Assembly (NCBI GenBank): GCA_001600815.1
Contig: BCKZ01000008.1
Location: 248,001-312,000, forward strand
Origin: Alloascoidea hylecoeti
Taxonomy: Eukaryota
DNA: 64,000 bases
Direction of reading: 5' to 3'
The translations under genes were made by a program, and so were the position numbers. Shown here in pieces: positions 54,151 to 64,000 of the stretch (positions are counted from its first letter, which is position 1; every line of letters starts with the position of its first letter). The notes under the pieces are model-generated. The model searched no databases and was not told where the DNA came from. It saw only the letters and a program-made list of their open reading frames with translations.

Positions 54151-56190
54151 TTATGAAGTTTCATTAGTTGTATGCATTAATTTTTCTACATTCCTTACAC
54201 GAATGGGTATATTCAATATCACTTTTTGTCTTGATCCTTCTTTAATTGATTTTATTCCATTTTCAAATTGCATTTCAATCACAAGTTCATAAATCCTTGA
54301 TATTAATGGATTTTGAAAACTTGGTGGTAAACTTATATTCCTTTTTACAAAATCATTTGTAACATCAAGATTTATAGTTATATTATTTGTCCAAATGCAT
54401 GAATCATCTTTTGGTTTTTGCCAAGATGATAAAGAAATATGTTTATTTTTCTCTTTTGATAATTTTAAATTGTTTTTGAACATAGAAACTAAATCAAGCT
54501 TAAGTTTTGATTCTGAACAATATAACTCTGATAATGGTATCTTTTGAACTCTCCACTGTATATTTTTTAAATTAGGAATATTATTAACTTCATCTGGTGA
54601 TAATTCATTATTTCTAACCATATTACAGTTAAACAATATTGGACTTTTATTGACATTAAAAAATGTAAAAGCATTTAAGTATGAAGTAATCTTTGATATT
54701 GTAGGTGGGCTTGATATGCCATTAACAGTGGCGCTAAGAGACTCGAAATCCAGTTTAATTTGAAGTTCTTTTAATTGTGAGATATCGAAATCACTAAACT
54801 TAGAGAACACTGAATTATAATCTGGAGGAGGAACTGTTGTATCATCTGTTTTATATTGTTTTTTCCAGATTAAAACGGGAGCAATATAGGCCATCCCCTG
54901 TTTAGGAATATTCGCACATAAATCCAAGTTTCCAATGTGTAATCCACCATTCCGAGAGAATAATTGAAAAGATCTACAAACTTTTGGAATGAAAGGATCT
55001 GTACCAGGAGGTTTATGGTCTAATTTTGATTCTGAAGCAGACTCATGGCAAGGAGTATATTCATACTTTACATTAGCCGAAGTTGACGGTTGTTCAGACC
55101 CCCCCCTTTGATCTGTCGCAGAAGAAGAGGTACTGTACCGCTGTTTAAGTTCTCTTAGATTATCTTCTTGTTCATTCTCTTCAGCTAAGTCATAATAGTA
55201 ACCGGTCGGCATGAATCTGACATGATGCCGATGCTCCTTAACAACTGCTAAAGGTGATTCTTTTTTCATGAAATTTGGTCCAATTATTCTTACATTGAAA
55301 AAATAACCTGTATAAGCATATTTGGGACAATAATCCTGTACGGCTAATGGAGAACCCATGGTAGCTCCCATTCTTTCATAGCCAAGAGCGTCGCTAATTT
55401 CTACATTTGAAAAGAAATCTTTCCTTGTTTCGGTAACTGATCTTTCACCAGGATCCCTATATAGACCAAATGAAGGAGGCAACTGGCAATAATGGGTTCT
55501 TAAATAATCAGGAGAGTTATTTAAAAGTGTATGAGGGATGTTAAAGGTAAAATTTGATCTAACTTTCATTCCTGGTGTCATAACTCCATCTTGAGGTAGC
55601 CCAATGATATATCCATCATCATCTACACGAATTCCGCATTGTGGATCCTTTAAATTGACATTAAAACTTGCGTAATGATCAATCATCCTGAGAAAGACAT
55701 GAGAAGCTTTAGCAACGCAGAGTTTTCCCTTTTCAGATTTAATAGGGGTTTCAACTATTGATTCACCTTCAAATGTAACCAAAATATCTTCAATATGCAC
55801 ATCTCTTCCAAATCTGTTGTGAAGAATGACATGTCCTTTCAGTTGAGATCCATTTGTATATTCGTGCTCAAATGATCTATCTGATTCATCTATTATAATT
55901 TTACAGTAAAAATAAGTATCAAACGCTCTAGTATCCGCGGCCGAATGTACTAACTTCTTTAGATTGCTCGAACTTGAAGTGCCTGAAAAAAGAGGAGTGA
56001 TTGGTGAAGTAGGTCTATGTATATCTTCATTGTCCATCAAAGAAGAGCGAGGTGAGGAACTATCACTTATGATCTGTGAAGTATTGGATGTAGCAGACGC
56101 AGAAGACCTGGAAGGTTCATTTTCACTTCTCAAATTTAACCAAGACCAAGGTGGTAAGTATTCATCAGAAGGAGTAGGAGAATCTGACAT
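54151..56190 (-). CDS. Bul1/Bul2-family Rsp5 adaptor (divergent)
   Basis: EYTNGSQLKGHVIL.N....I..I.VTFEG, FLRMIDHYASF, QLPPSFG, PY-like PPPDY and C-terminal LPPSFQNPLISRIYEL. Confidence 0.7.
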   Translation of the reverse strand: MSDSPTPSDEYLPPWSWLNLRSENEPSRSSASATSNTSQIISDSSSPRSSLMDNEDIHRPTSPITPLFSGTSSSSNLKKLVHSAADTRAFDTYFYCKIIIDESDRSFEHEYTNGSQLKGHVILHNRFGRDVHIEDILVTFEGESIVETPIKSEKGKLCVAKASHVFLRMIDHYASFNVNLKDPQCGIRVDDDGYIIGLPQDGVMTPGMKVRSNFTFNIPHTLLNNSPDYLRTHYCQLPPSFGLYRDPGERSVTETRKDFFSNVEISDALGYERMGATMGSPLAVQDYCPKYAYTGYFFNVRIIGPNFMKKESPLAVVKEHRHHVRFMPTGYYYDLAEENEQEDNLRELKQRYSTSSSATDQRGGSEQPSTSANVKYEYTPCHESASESKLDHKPPGTDPFIPKVCRSFQLFSRNGGLHIGNLDLCANIPKQGMAYIAPVLIWKKQYKTDDTTVPPPDYNSVFSKFSDFDISQLKELQIKLDFESLSATVNGISSPPTISKITSYLNAFTFFNVNKSPILFNCNMVRNNELSPDEVNNIPNLKNIQWRVQKIPLSELYCSESKLKLDLVSMFKNNLKLSKEKNKHISLSSWQKPKDDSCIWTNNITINLDVTNDFVKRNISLPPSFQNPLISRIYELVIEMQFENGIKSIKEGSRQKVILNIPIRVRNVEKLMHTTNETS

Positions 56191-57557
56191 GTTATGATTA
56201 TTGTTTCCTGTTACTGTCCTAAATTCTCAAACAATAGCCATCGCCATGGAATTGTTTAGCTCGGTTTAAATAAAATTTTCAAAAATATGGTAGTAAGTAA
56301 ATCTTCTGATAATCAAAAATTAAATTAGCGAAGTGGTGTTTTATCCTTAGAAAATCAAATTTTACTCTCAAAGAGTCATAATTTTCAAAATGTTGCTATC
56401 AAACAGTATAACCTTCTTAATTATATTACATTCACTTATGATCAACGGCTGAAGGCGGCTTAGATTTCCATTATGGACGATGGCCGGAGTATCAAATATA
56501 ATTAAGTCTACTCCAACATCCAGACATAAACCTCGATCCAAAAGAGTTCTTAAAGATGTTTTACCCAAATTTCCATCGCACGGTCAAGATGATGATTTTA
56601 CAGTGATCAGATAGTTTGGTAATGATTCATAGTAAACTGGAGAATTTTTTTTTCATATTAGATTATTTACGTAACTATTTTATACTGACAACTAGCTACA
56701 GAAGATTATTATCTTTATGGGAGGAAGTTTTTATATTATATTGATTCTCTTTCTTATTATTCACACCAGGCATTATCTTTTAAGATTACTACTAGCACTA
56801 CTACTAGTACTTGTGTGAGCGTTGCACATTTCAAACGTGTATTTAGGATAGAGGCAGATACAACTCTATAAATGGTGGGCATAACCGGTACCCCTTTTCT
56901 CCATCACCTTAAAACAATCGGAAAACACAAAAACGTGTTTAATTGTAACTAGAATAGAATAGAATAATATAGTTATTAACATAGTTATATAAAAGTAGCC
57001 ATGTAGTAGATTAAGAATGAATTTGAAAGAATGATATTCCAATGATTTTTATTAGAAGTTTACCTATTTTATACCAATATATATAGGCATTTAATGACTA
57101 ATATGACCCCAGAAGAAGTAGAAGTATAGTGATACCGGGAACTTCTGGGGTGCTGTGAGAATGGAATGTTAATGACTTCTTATTAATTCATGGATCTATC
57201 TTATTATATCACCATGGTCTGAGGTAAATTAACAAGTCTTCCCCTTAACCCGTAGTTTAACCGCAACATCTACTATAACACCACGTCTAATTATAACCTT
57301 ATATTGGTGAGTAGGTAAATATTTAGATCGAAAGTGGCCAATATCGTTTATGCGTTTGTATGTCGTTTTGGGATCTTTCAATAGCGTCCATAACGCAAAC
57401 CAAGGAACCAACCTCCAACTCTCCAATAAAAACTCCACACAGATGCTAATGCAATTAATTGATATTTTTAACCACTATCTTCTTAACCAACTAATATAAA
57501 TTAAATTTAATACTATCACTAAAATCTAATTAATCTCGTAATTCTGATAATGATTTT

Positions 57558-58165
57558 TCAATATAAAATTATTTTTGTGTTTTCTGTTGTGGAGTGAGAT
57601 TTTCTCCGAATTAGTGTACTCGGCTCAGCAGCACCAATCTCACGACAAGCATTTCTCTTCGTTATCTTAGGAGAATTATGTGTTATGAGTGCTTTCCCCC
57701 TCCGGATAGTTTTTAAGGGATCTTCAAGAATTTTGGTGGATGTATTTGATAATAAAGCCTGTTTGAACCCCCCAAGCCAATTCTTCCAAATACGAAATTC
57801 ATCCTCCGACACATCATATGTTTTCAGCCTTTCCAACATCGTTTCATGAGCTTCGTTCACAAACGTTTCGGATTTGAATTCTCCCTCAAAATCTTCATAT
57901 AAAATGAAAATTCTCTCAGATTTTTTCGTTTCCTCCTCGTTTTCTGCCCCAAACTTCTCCAAATTTCGATAAAATCTTCTCTAGGTCAAATGGGTATATT
58001 CGGGTTGTCTTATAATCAGAAAGAATATTTCTAGCTGTTATTGCATCAGATCTGGCCTTCTTATATATTTCAACGAATTCTCCTTTTTGTGCCCTATATA
58101 ACATCATATTTAATACATTCTATCAGAATGCCCGTCTAATAAAATAATGTGTCCTTTTTCGTACA
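57558..58165 (-). mobile_element. Second pogo/Fot1-type transposase remnant (C-terminal half)
   Basis: IILLDGHS (second catalytic D motif, ~58150-58125), then KGEFVEIYKKARSDAITARNILSDYKTTRIYPFDLEKILSKF, typical of Fot1-like C-termini. Frameshifted. Confidence 0.7.
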
Positions 58166-58179
58166 TCATTTCCCGATAT

Positions 58180-59475
58180 AAATTCCATGGTAGGTTCAAC
58201 AGCAGTATGATTAGCACAAGAAATGGGGCCGCATAGAAAGTTGATGTTAGTTTTGCAGTAATGAGAAACATACCCTACTATTAATTCGAGAGACGTTACC
58301 GTTTCCCATCATATAATATCTGAAGACCTTCTAGAAGAACTTAACAAATCACACAAAAAAAGTAAACTCAAATCTCCAGCGGTATGTGACCAAGGATTTA
58401 TTACTCAAAATACAGTTTAGCCATTTTCGTACAGTAGATATTCAGTATTACAACACGCTATAACTAGATCATGGGAGAATTTGTCGATAATAATTGGTGG
58501 ATTTTACGTTGATTTTTTCGCTGAAAATTCTTTCAAACACAAGTCCTTTGAAACTGTGATTGATAAAGCACGATTAATAGAATCTAAAATGGAAGAATGG
58601 AAAAATGATCTCCCCGAATTTATTCAGCCTGCAGTTCATCTAAACCTTCAAACCTGGATGGATATGCCTAATTCTGATGATGCTTTAATTGGATCCGATA
58701 TTTCAAATCGGTTAATTGTTCATCTTTCTTTTGCTTATTACTATTCCAAGATGGCAATAAATCGAGTGGTAATCAGTTATTCAGATTTTGAAAATAATTA
58801 GTCTCCCATAGAAAATAATAACAGACATATTCTCTCAAAAATTTCTTCATGGGGTTTAAGTGCTGCTCACATATTAAAACTAACATCTATTTATGCTGTA
58901 CCCTTGCAAATATTTGAGAGTTGTATCGTTATCTATCCTATTTCTCCTTTTATTTCTGTCTTTACTCATGTTTTGGTACATCCTTATTATCCAGATACAC
59001 CTGGAAATTTGGAAATTATGGAAAAGTTCTTAAATGAATTTTCATCTTTGAAAGTTGATAAACAAAGGGAATTTGGAATAAACTATGGATCCAATTTTTG
59101 GTTTCAAGTAAGATGTTCAATGGCTGATCTCTTTAAAATTGTCAAAGATAGATCAAAGATGAATGGAAATGTCAATGCAGATCCAGTTATACCAGTTTTG
59201 AGTTCAACAAATGAGAAACTTCAAACAACCACATCTGTAGATTCCACACCCGCCAATAACACTGCATCGAATGCCTGTCAACCATCTATACAAATGCCAC
59301 TAAATCCAGCTTCAATGCATATTAAACAAACAGATAGTTATACAATCCCGGTTGAAGATGAAAATTTACCAATCCCTCATCAAACATGCCTATAAATATC
59401 ATGGACTCAGAACAAACATTTCCGAATTTAAATTCCCCGACTATCGATTGTAATACTTTTGAGGAATTCCCCTGA
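58180..59475 (+). pseudogene. Zn2Cys6-family transcription factor pseudogene (middle homology region only)
   Basis: STAV*LAQEMGPHRK, DVSFAVMRNIP..INSRDVTV, KMEEWKNDLP and LIVHLSFAYYYSKMAINR. Several in-frame stops (e.g. 58799-58801); no zinc cluster seen. Confidence 0.7.
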
Positions 59476-59586
59476 TTAAAATAGTTAATATACTCCATCT
59501 TCGGCCCCAAAATGATATGATTTTTCATTGCTATTATATAACTTATAATTACTGTCTCAAGACTGTTAATTTTATGTTTCCGTTTG

Positions 59587-60350
59587 AAGTTTAGAAATAT
59601 TTACGATAAAGACACAATTGCAACTATAAGCTTATGCTTGGCTATTCGCCCATAGGCAGATTATTTCGAATATGTTTACTTTCAATTTATGAAGCATAAA
59701 TTATTTATCAATTCTTAACAATTTTTTCTTGTTTATTAGGTTGATTATGCTCTTTAAGATACTCAACAAGGAAGTGCTACCGTTGGTCTAGTTTCTAAAA
59801 CTCTTGCTGCTCTCGTTGCTTTATGTATGTATTTTCTCAACCTTTATTTGTCATCCACTTTTATCAAATCTCTTGTTAATATTTCTTAAAAATCTTAATT
59901 AGAGAAATTCCGAGGAATTCAGCTATGCGTTTTATGATCCTAAATTGGAACTTGATGATATTATTGAAAAAGAATTCTCATAATCAAGAGTCACAAACAT
60001 CATAAAGGTATTGTTTTGGCAGGTTAAACGTCAGATACAAGAAATTTATCAGATTATTTAAGAAAACAAGCAATTCATTCAAACTTACCCTTAAATTTAC
60101 CATTACCAATTGCTGATAAAGTACCATCAAATACTCCAGGTTATGGTAGTATTCCTTATGATTAGTTGTTGGTGTTGATGAATCTGGTCCACATTTGAAT
60201 TTCAACCTAGTGGTTCCGTTTTGAATATTCTGATGCTGCTATATGCTTATACTGGTGCAAGATCACAGTTGTGAGAACTTATTTAGAATTCTTTTTTGAT
60301 TTATTTGCTGATTTAGATGAACTAATTAACCATGCCTTAGGTGCTTTGTG
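59587..60350 (+). pseudogene. PRE5: Proteasome alpha-6 subunit pseudogene retaining introns
   Basis: Fragments FRNIYDKDT, YSPIGRLF, VDYAL*DTQQGSATVGLVSKT..LVAL, RNSEE, HKGIVLAG*TSDTRNLSDYLRKQ, VGVDESGPHL, EFQPSG, GARSQ and RTYLE. Intron-like segments at ~59670-59739 and ~59825-59902. Confidence 0.85.
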
Positions 60351-60755
60351 AGACAAGATGATAAGTATTAGGAATGTGATTTTTATTGATTTAATTACCT
60401 TCGGCCATATACATAGAATCATGACATTATTTGGTGTTCCTTTCATGCCCTCATGAGATCGATCAGCATTGGAGGGTTATAAGTCAGTCTGCTCGAATAT
60501 GTGGTGGTATTACATCATATAATGCTCAATTATTAATTTAAGCTGTGGGGTAATATGTTCTTTAATATATGCGAATGTAGATCAACAAAATGGTCTATAT
60601 TAACTCAAAATTATTCATATCACGTGAGTATATTATGCTTAGTCACCACTTATTAATAAATTATTTTTTCATTAACTTCTTGTGACTGAGAAGTCCATAA
60701 ATTTATATATGTTCTAATCAGATTAAATATTCATCAATTATCTACAAAAAAGCAG

Positions 60756-63700
60756 ATGTTTTTAATATTATCAAAACAGGTTAATTTAAATAAGCATAAA
60801 TTGATCAAAGTACAACAACAATTACAACCAATTAATATTATCAAGCATTTGAACAGTTATAGATTATATCATGCTCCAGTTTTTGATCCAATAAAGCCAT
60901 TAAATGGTGTACAGATGTACGCTAATGTTTATTTTGCAAATAATGAAGATAAATTACCATCAAAGGATATTAATTTGGCTGCTGAATCCTGGAGTAAAGA
61001 ATCTGAGGAATTTAAAACTGCGTGGATAAAAAAAATTGAAAAAGAGAATAGAAAATTACGTATATTACATTATGAAAAGGATAAAAATGAAATTGATATT
61101 GATAATATTGATACAGAAAGAAATAATATTATAATTGATAGATTTAATCGAATTGGAGTTGATGTTTTAAAAGAAGCAAGTTCATTTTATATCGAAGATG
61201 TTTTTCAAAAGTTTTTCAATGATAATAAAGGTATGAAATATAATGATTTAAAAGAAAAAATTATACAATCTTGGAATGATTATCCAATTGAATTGAAAGA
61301 TAAATATATTAAAAAGTTTTATCAAATGTCTGTTAAATATCGTGATAATAAATCAGAAAGTGAATATACTCGAATCTTATCTGGTAAGGATTTTACCTAT
61401 AGATCATCTACCACCCTTTTTGTTGATTTGGAAAGAGAAAGACTTGGTAAGAAATATGATTCTAAAACAACTAGTGAAAACTGGAAAAATATGCCTGAGA
61501 ATGAAAAAGCTGAATATCGATTTATTTTACACTCTTCGAGAGATAAAGACATTTCAAATCCTCGTTCGGCTATTGAACTATATGCAAAGGATGAAAAAGA
61601 AAGATTGACGTCCGAGGATTTGTTCAATCCTATCGATATAGTTACAAAATGGAGAAATTTAAAACAAGAAACGAAAATTGAATATAATCATAAATTTAAA
61701 TTCATGAATGAGAAAAAAACTCTAATTAATGGATGCCGAATTTTCTCATTAGAAAAGAAAATAGAAATTCAAAGAGATGGTATAAGTTGGCGTAAATTAA
61801 CAAGAGAAGAAAGAAAAGAATATTCAAATATCTTTAATGGTTTAAAGTTATTCATTTATCCAGATCAGAATATTTTAGAAGATTCAGAAGCTTTACCTCA
61901 TAATGCTATTGATTTATTTTTCATAGAAACTAGGAAAAACAAAAATAAAAGTGAGCATTTTACACCTTTAGACTATGTTTTAGCATGGAGGAAATTGTCA
62001 CAAAATGAAAAAAAAAAATATGAAGAACGATTTTCAAAATTGTTAGAATCATGTTCACCAAAAGTTAAATCATCACTCACTAGAAATGTTCAAACGGGTC
62101 ATAAGTTCCCTTTTACGGCTCTTGAACTATTCATGAAGGAAGAAAAAGAAAAATTAAATAAAAACTTTGTACTTAAAAATTGTTATTTAACATGGGAAAA
62201 TCTGTCACAACAAGAAAAGGATAAATATAAAGAGAAATTTAAAACCTTATATGTAAAACCATCTTTGACGTCAGATTCATCTACAACTACAGAAGAAAAT
62301 TGTACATATTATAAAATCCCAACACAATCTTTTCTTTTATTTTTGGTTGAGCAACAAGAAAAACTTGGTGAAGATTATAATTATAAAGATTGTTTTGAAG
62401 TCTGGAAACAACTTCCGGAGCAGGAAAAGGATGAATACAGAGAGAGAGTTAATGCTATTCACAAAGATATAGATATTGATAAATATAATCCTTCAAGACC
62501 AATTATTAGACAATATACTTCACGAAAAATTGAAACAACACCTATAAAGGACATTTCTGATGATGATATTCCAACCACAGAAAGTCACCCTAAAACCTTA
62601 AGCTTGAAAAATTCATCACAAACGACAAGACAAATACAAAATAAACTTAATTCCATACTAACCGAACCCAATGAAAACAACACTATACCTAAGAATGGTT
62701 ATCAGCTTTTCATAAAAGAAGACAAGCAAGATCTTGGCGATGAATATTTGTACAATAACGCGCTTGAAACATGGAAAAATATGTCACAAGTAGGAAAGAA
62801 TATATATATAGAGACACTCAATGCCCTTAAAATTTTCATAGAAGAAAACAAAAAAACACTTGGAGAGAAATATATAGAAAAAGATTGTCTTAAAACTTGG
62901 AGAAATATGTCACAAGAAGAAAAAGACATTTATCAAGAGAAACAAATTAATGATACATTAATTGAAAATAGTACTAATAGTATTCCTAAGAATGGTTATT
63001 GTCTATTTTTACAGGAAAAAAACGAAGAGCTTGGGAGAAATTATAGACTAAAAGATTGTATTAATACATGGAAAACAATGTCACAAGAAGAAAAGGATGT
63101 ATATAAAGAAAAACTTGATACCATGAAACTTTTCATAAAGGAAACTAAAGAAAAACTTGGAAAAAAATATATTGAAAAAGATTGTCTTAAAACTTGGAGA
63201 AATATGTCACAAGAAGAAAAAAATGTATATCAAGATAAACTTAATGGTGGTATATTGGTTACATCCAACAAAATTCCAAAGCTTGCTCGTCATGTTTTTA
63301 TACAGGAAACAAAAGAAAAACTTGGGGATAATTATGTGGAAGAAGACTGCGTTGCGACTTGGAAAAAGATGTCACAAAAAGAAAAAAATGCTTATAAAAA
63401 GAAATCAAAGATTGTATCAAATGAGGATAATAACATACTTAAGGATTCCTTTTTGCTTTTTCTACAGGAAATAAAACAAGAACTTAACGATGATTATGTC
63501 CACAATGAATGTGTAATAACCTGGAAAAACATGACACAAGAGGAAAAAAATGTATATAAAGAAAAACTTGATGCCATGAATTTTTTTATACAGGAAACGA
63601 AAAGAGAACTTGGAAACAAATATGTATCAAAAGATTGGATTATAGCTTGGAGAGATATGACACAAAAACAAAAGGATTCTTACAAAGAGAAACTTAATGC

Positions 63701-63938
63701 TACATTAGTTGAAATAAATGAACTGCCTGGGTTTGGTCGTCATATTTTTATACAAGAAAAAAAAGAAGAACTTGGGGAAAAGTTTAATCTCAAGAATTGT
63801 CTTGCTGCATGGGGAAAAATGTCAAGAAAAAACAAAAATGTATATAAAGAGAAACTTGATATTGCAAAACATTCTATGGAGAAAACAAAAAAAGAACTTG
63901 GGGAAAATTATGTTGAAAAAGACGATCTAAAAATATGA
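60756..63938 (+). CDS. Predicted mitochondrial protein with 16 complete + 1 truncated HMG-box-like repeats
   Basis: Repeating P..(A/G)..LF..E....L....Y....C...W..(M/L)S..EK..Y pattern, with 16 W anchors counted by eye. The first 43 aa lack acidic residues and contain RLY|H. Confidence 0.75.
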   Translation: MFLILSKQVNLNKHKLIKVQQQLQPINIIKHLNSYRLYHAPVFDPIKPLNGVQMYANVYFANNEDKLPSKDINLAAESWSKESEEFKTAWIKKIEKENRKLRILHYEKDKNEIDIDNIDTERNNIIIDRFNRIGVDVLKEASSFYIEDVFQKFFNDNKGMKYNDLKEKIIQSWNDYPIELKDKYIKKFYQMSVKYRDNKSESEYTRILSGKDFTYRSSTTLFVDLERERLGKKYDSKTTSENWKNMPENEKAEYRFILHSSRDKDISNPRSAIELYAKDEKERLTSEDLFNPIDIVTKWRNLKQETKIEYNHKFKFMNEKKTLINGCRIFSLEKKIEIQRDGISWRKLTREERKEYSNIFNGLKLFIYPDQNILEDSEALPHNAIDLFFIETRKNKNKSEHFTPLDYVLAWRKLSQNEKKKYEERFSKLLESCSPKVKSSLTRNVQTGHKFPFTALELFMKEEKEKLNKNFVLKNCYLTWENLSQQEKDKYKEKFKTLYVKPSLTSDSSTTTEENCTYYKIPTQSFLLFLVEQQEKLGEDYNYKDCFEVWKQLPEQEKDEYRERVNAIHKDIDIDKYNPSRPIIRQYTSRKIETTPIKDISDDDIPTTESHPKTLSLKNSSQTTRQIQNKLNSILTEPNENNTIPKNGYQLFIKEDKQDLGDEYLYNNALETWKNMSQVGKNIYIETLNALKIFIEENKKTLGEKYIEKDCLKTWRNMSQEEKDIYQEKQINDTLIENSTNSIPKNGYCLFLQEKNEELGRNYRLKDCINTWKTMSQEEKDVYKEKLDTMKLFIKETKEKLGKKYIEKDCLKTWRNMSQEEKNVYQDKLNGGILVTSNKIPKLARHVFIQETKEKLGDNYVEEDCVATWKKMSQKEKNAYKKKSKIVSNEDNNILKDSFLLFLQEIKQELNDDYVHNECVITWKNMTQEEKNVYKEKLDAMNFFIQETKRELGNKYVSKDWIIAWRDMTQKQKDSYKEKLNATLVEINELPGFGRHIFIQEKKEELGEKFNLKNCLAAWGKMSRKNKNVYKEKLDIAKHSMEKTKKELGENYVEKDDLKI

Positions 63939-64000
63939 TATGTTTAAAAATGGAAACCCAATGAATAATATATAGCATTTTTAATTAATATCCACTTTAT

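Noticed and set aside
62680..63938. CRISPR-like or non-coding repeat array
   Set aside because: The repeats are in-frame protein-coding units in a eukaryotic gene, with no repeat-spacer structure.

Overview
AT-rich budding-yeast (Saccharomycotina-like) nuclear DNA with many short spliceosomal introns. CTG codons at conserved Lsm3 positions suggest CUG=Leu. Bases 1-12.4 kb and 20.6-27 kb are compact housekeeping blocks: THOC7-like, SEC39, MRPL4, LSM3, NTE1, MCM6, intron-containing tRNA-Lys(UUU), MTO1, CAR2, SPT2 and SSS1. At 13.6-20.5 kb, two decayed Sen1-like helicase paralogs flank an MFS permease and a TA-flanked MITE. At 27-30 kb lies a nest of DNA transposons (pogo/Fot1 remnant, long-TIR foldback, Tc1 inserted in the foldback), followed by a ~10 kb gene desert. 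Three co-oriented low-complexity transcription factors follow (Gcr1_C-like, APSES Efg1/Sok2-like, Myb/SANT of the PIF/Harbinger type), then LCB1, a Bul1-like gene and a patch of pseudogenes (pogo remnant, Zn-cluster TF, intron-retaining PRE5 copy). The most unusual item is a 1060-aa protein with a probable mitochondrial presequence and 16 complete plus 1 truncated HMG-box-like repeats. All calls come from recognising motifs by eye; no searches were run.
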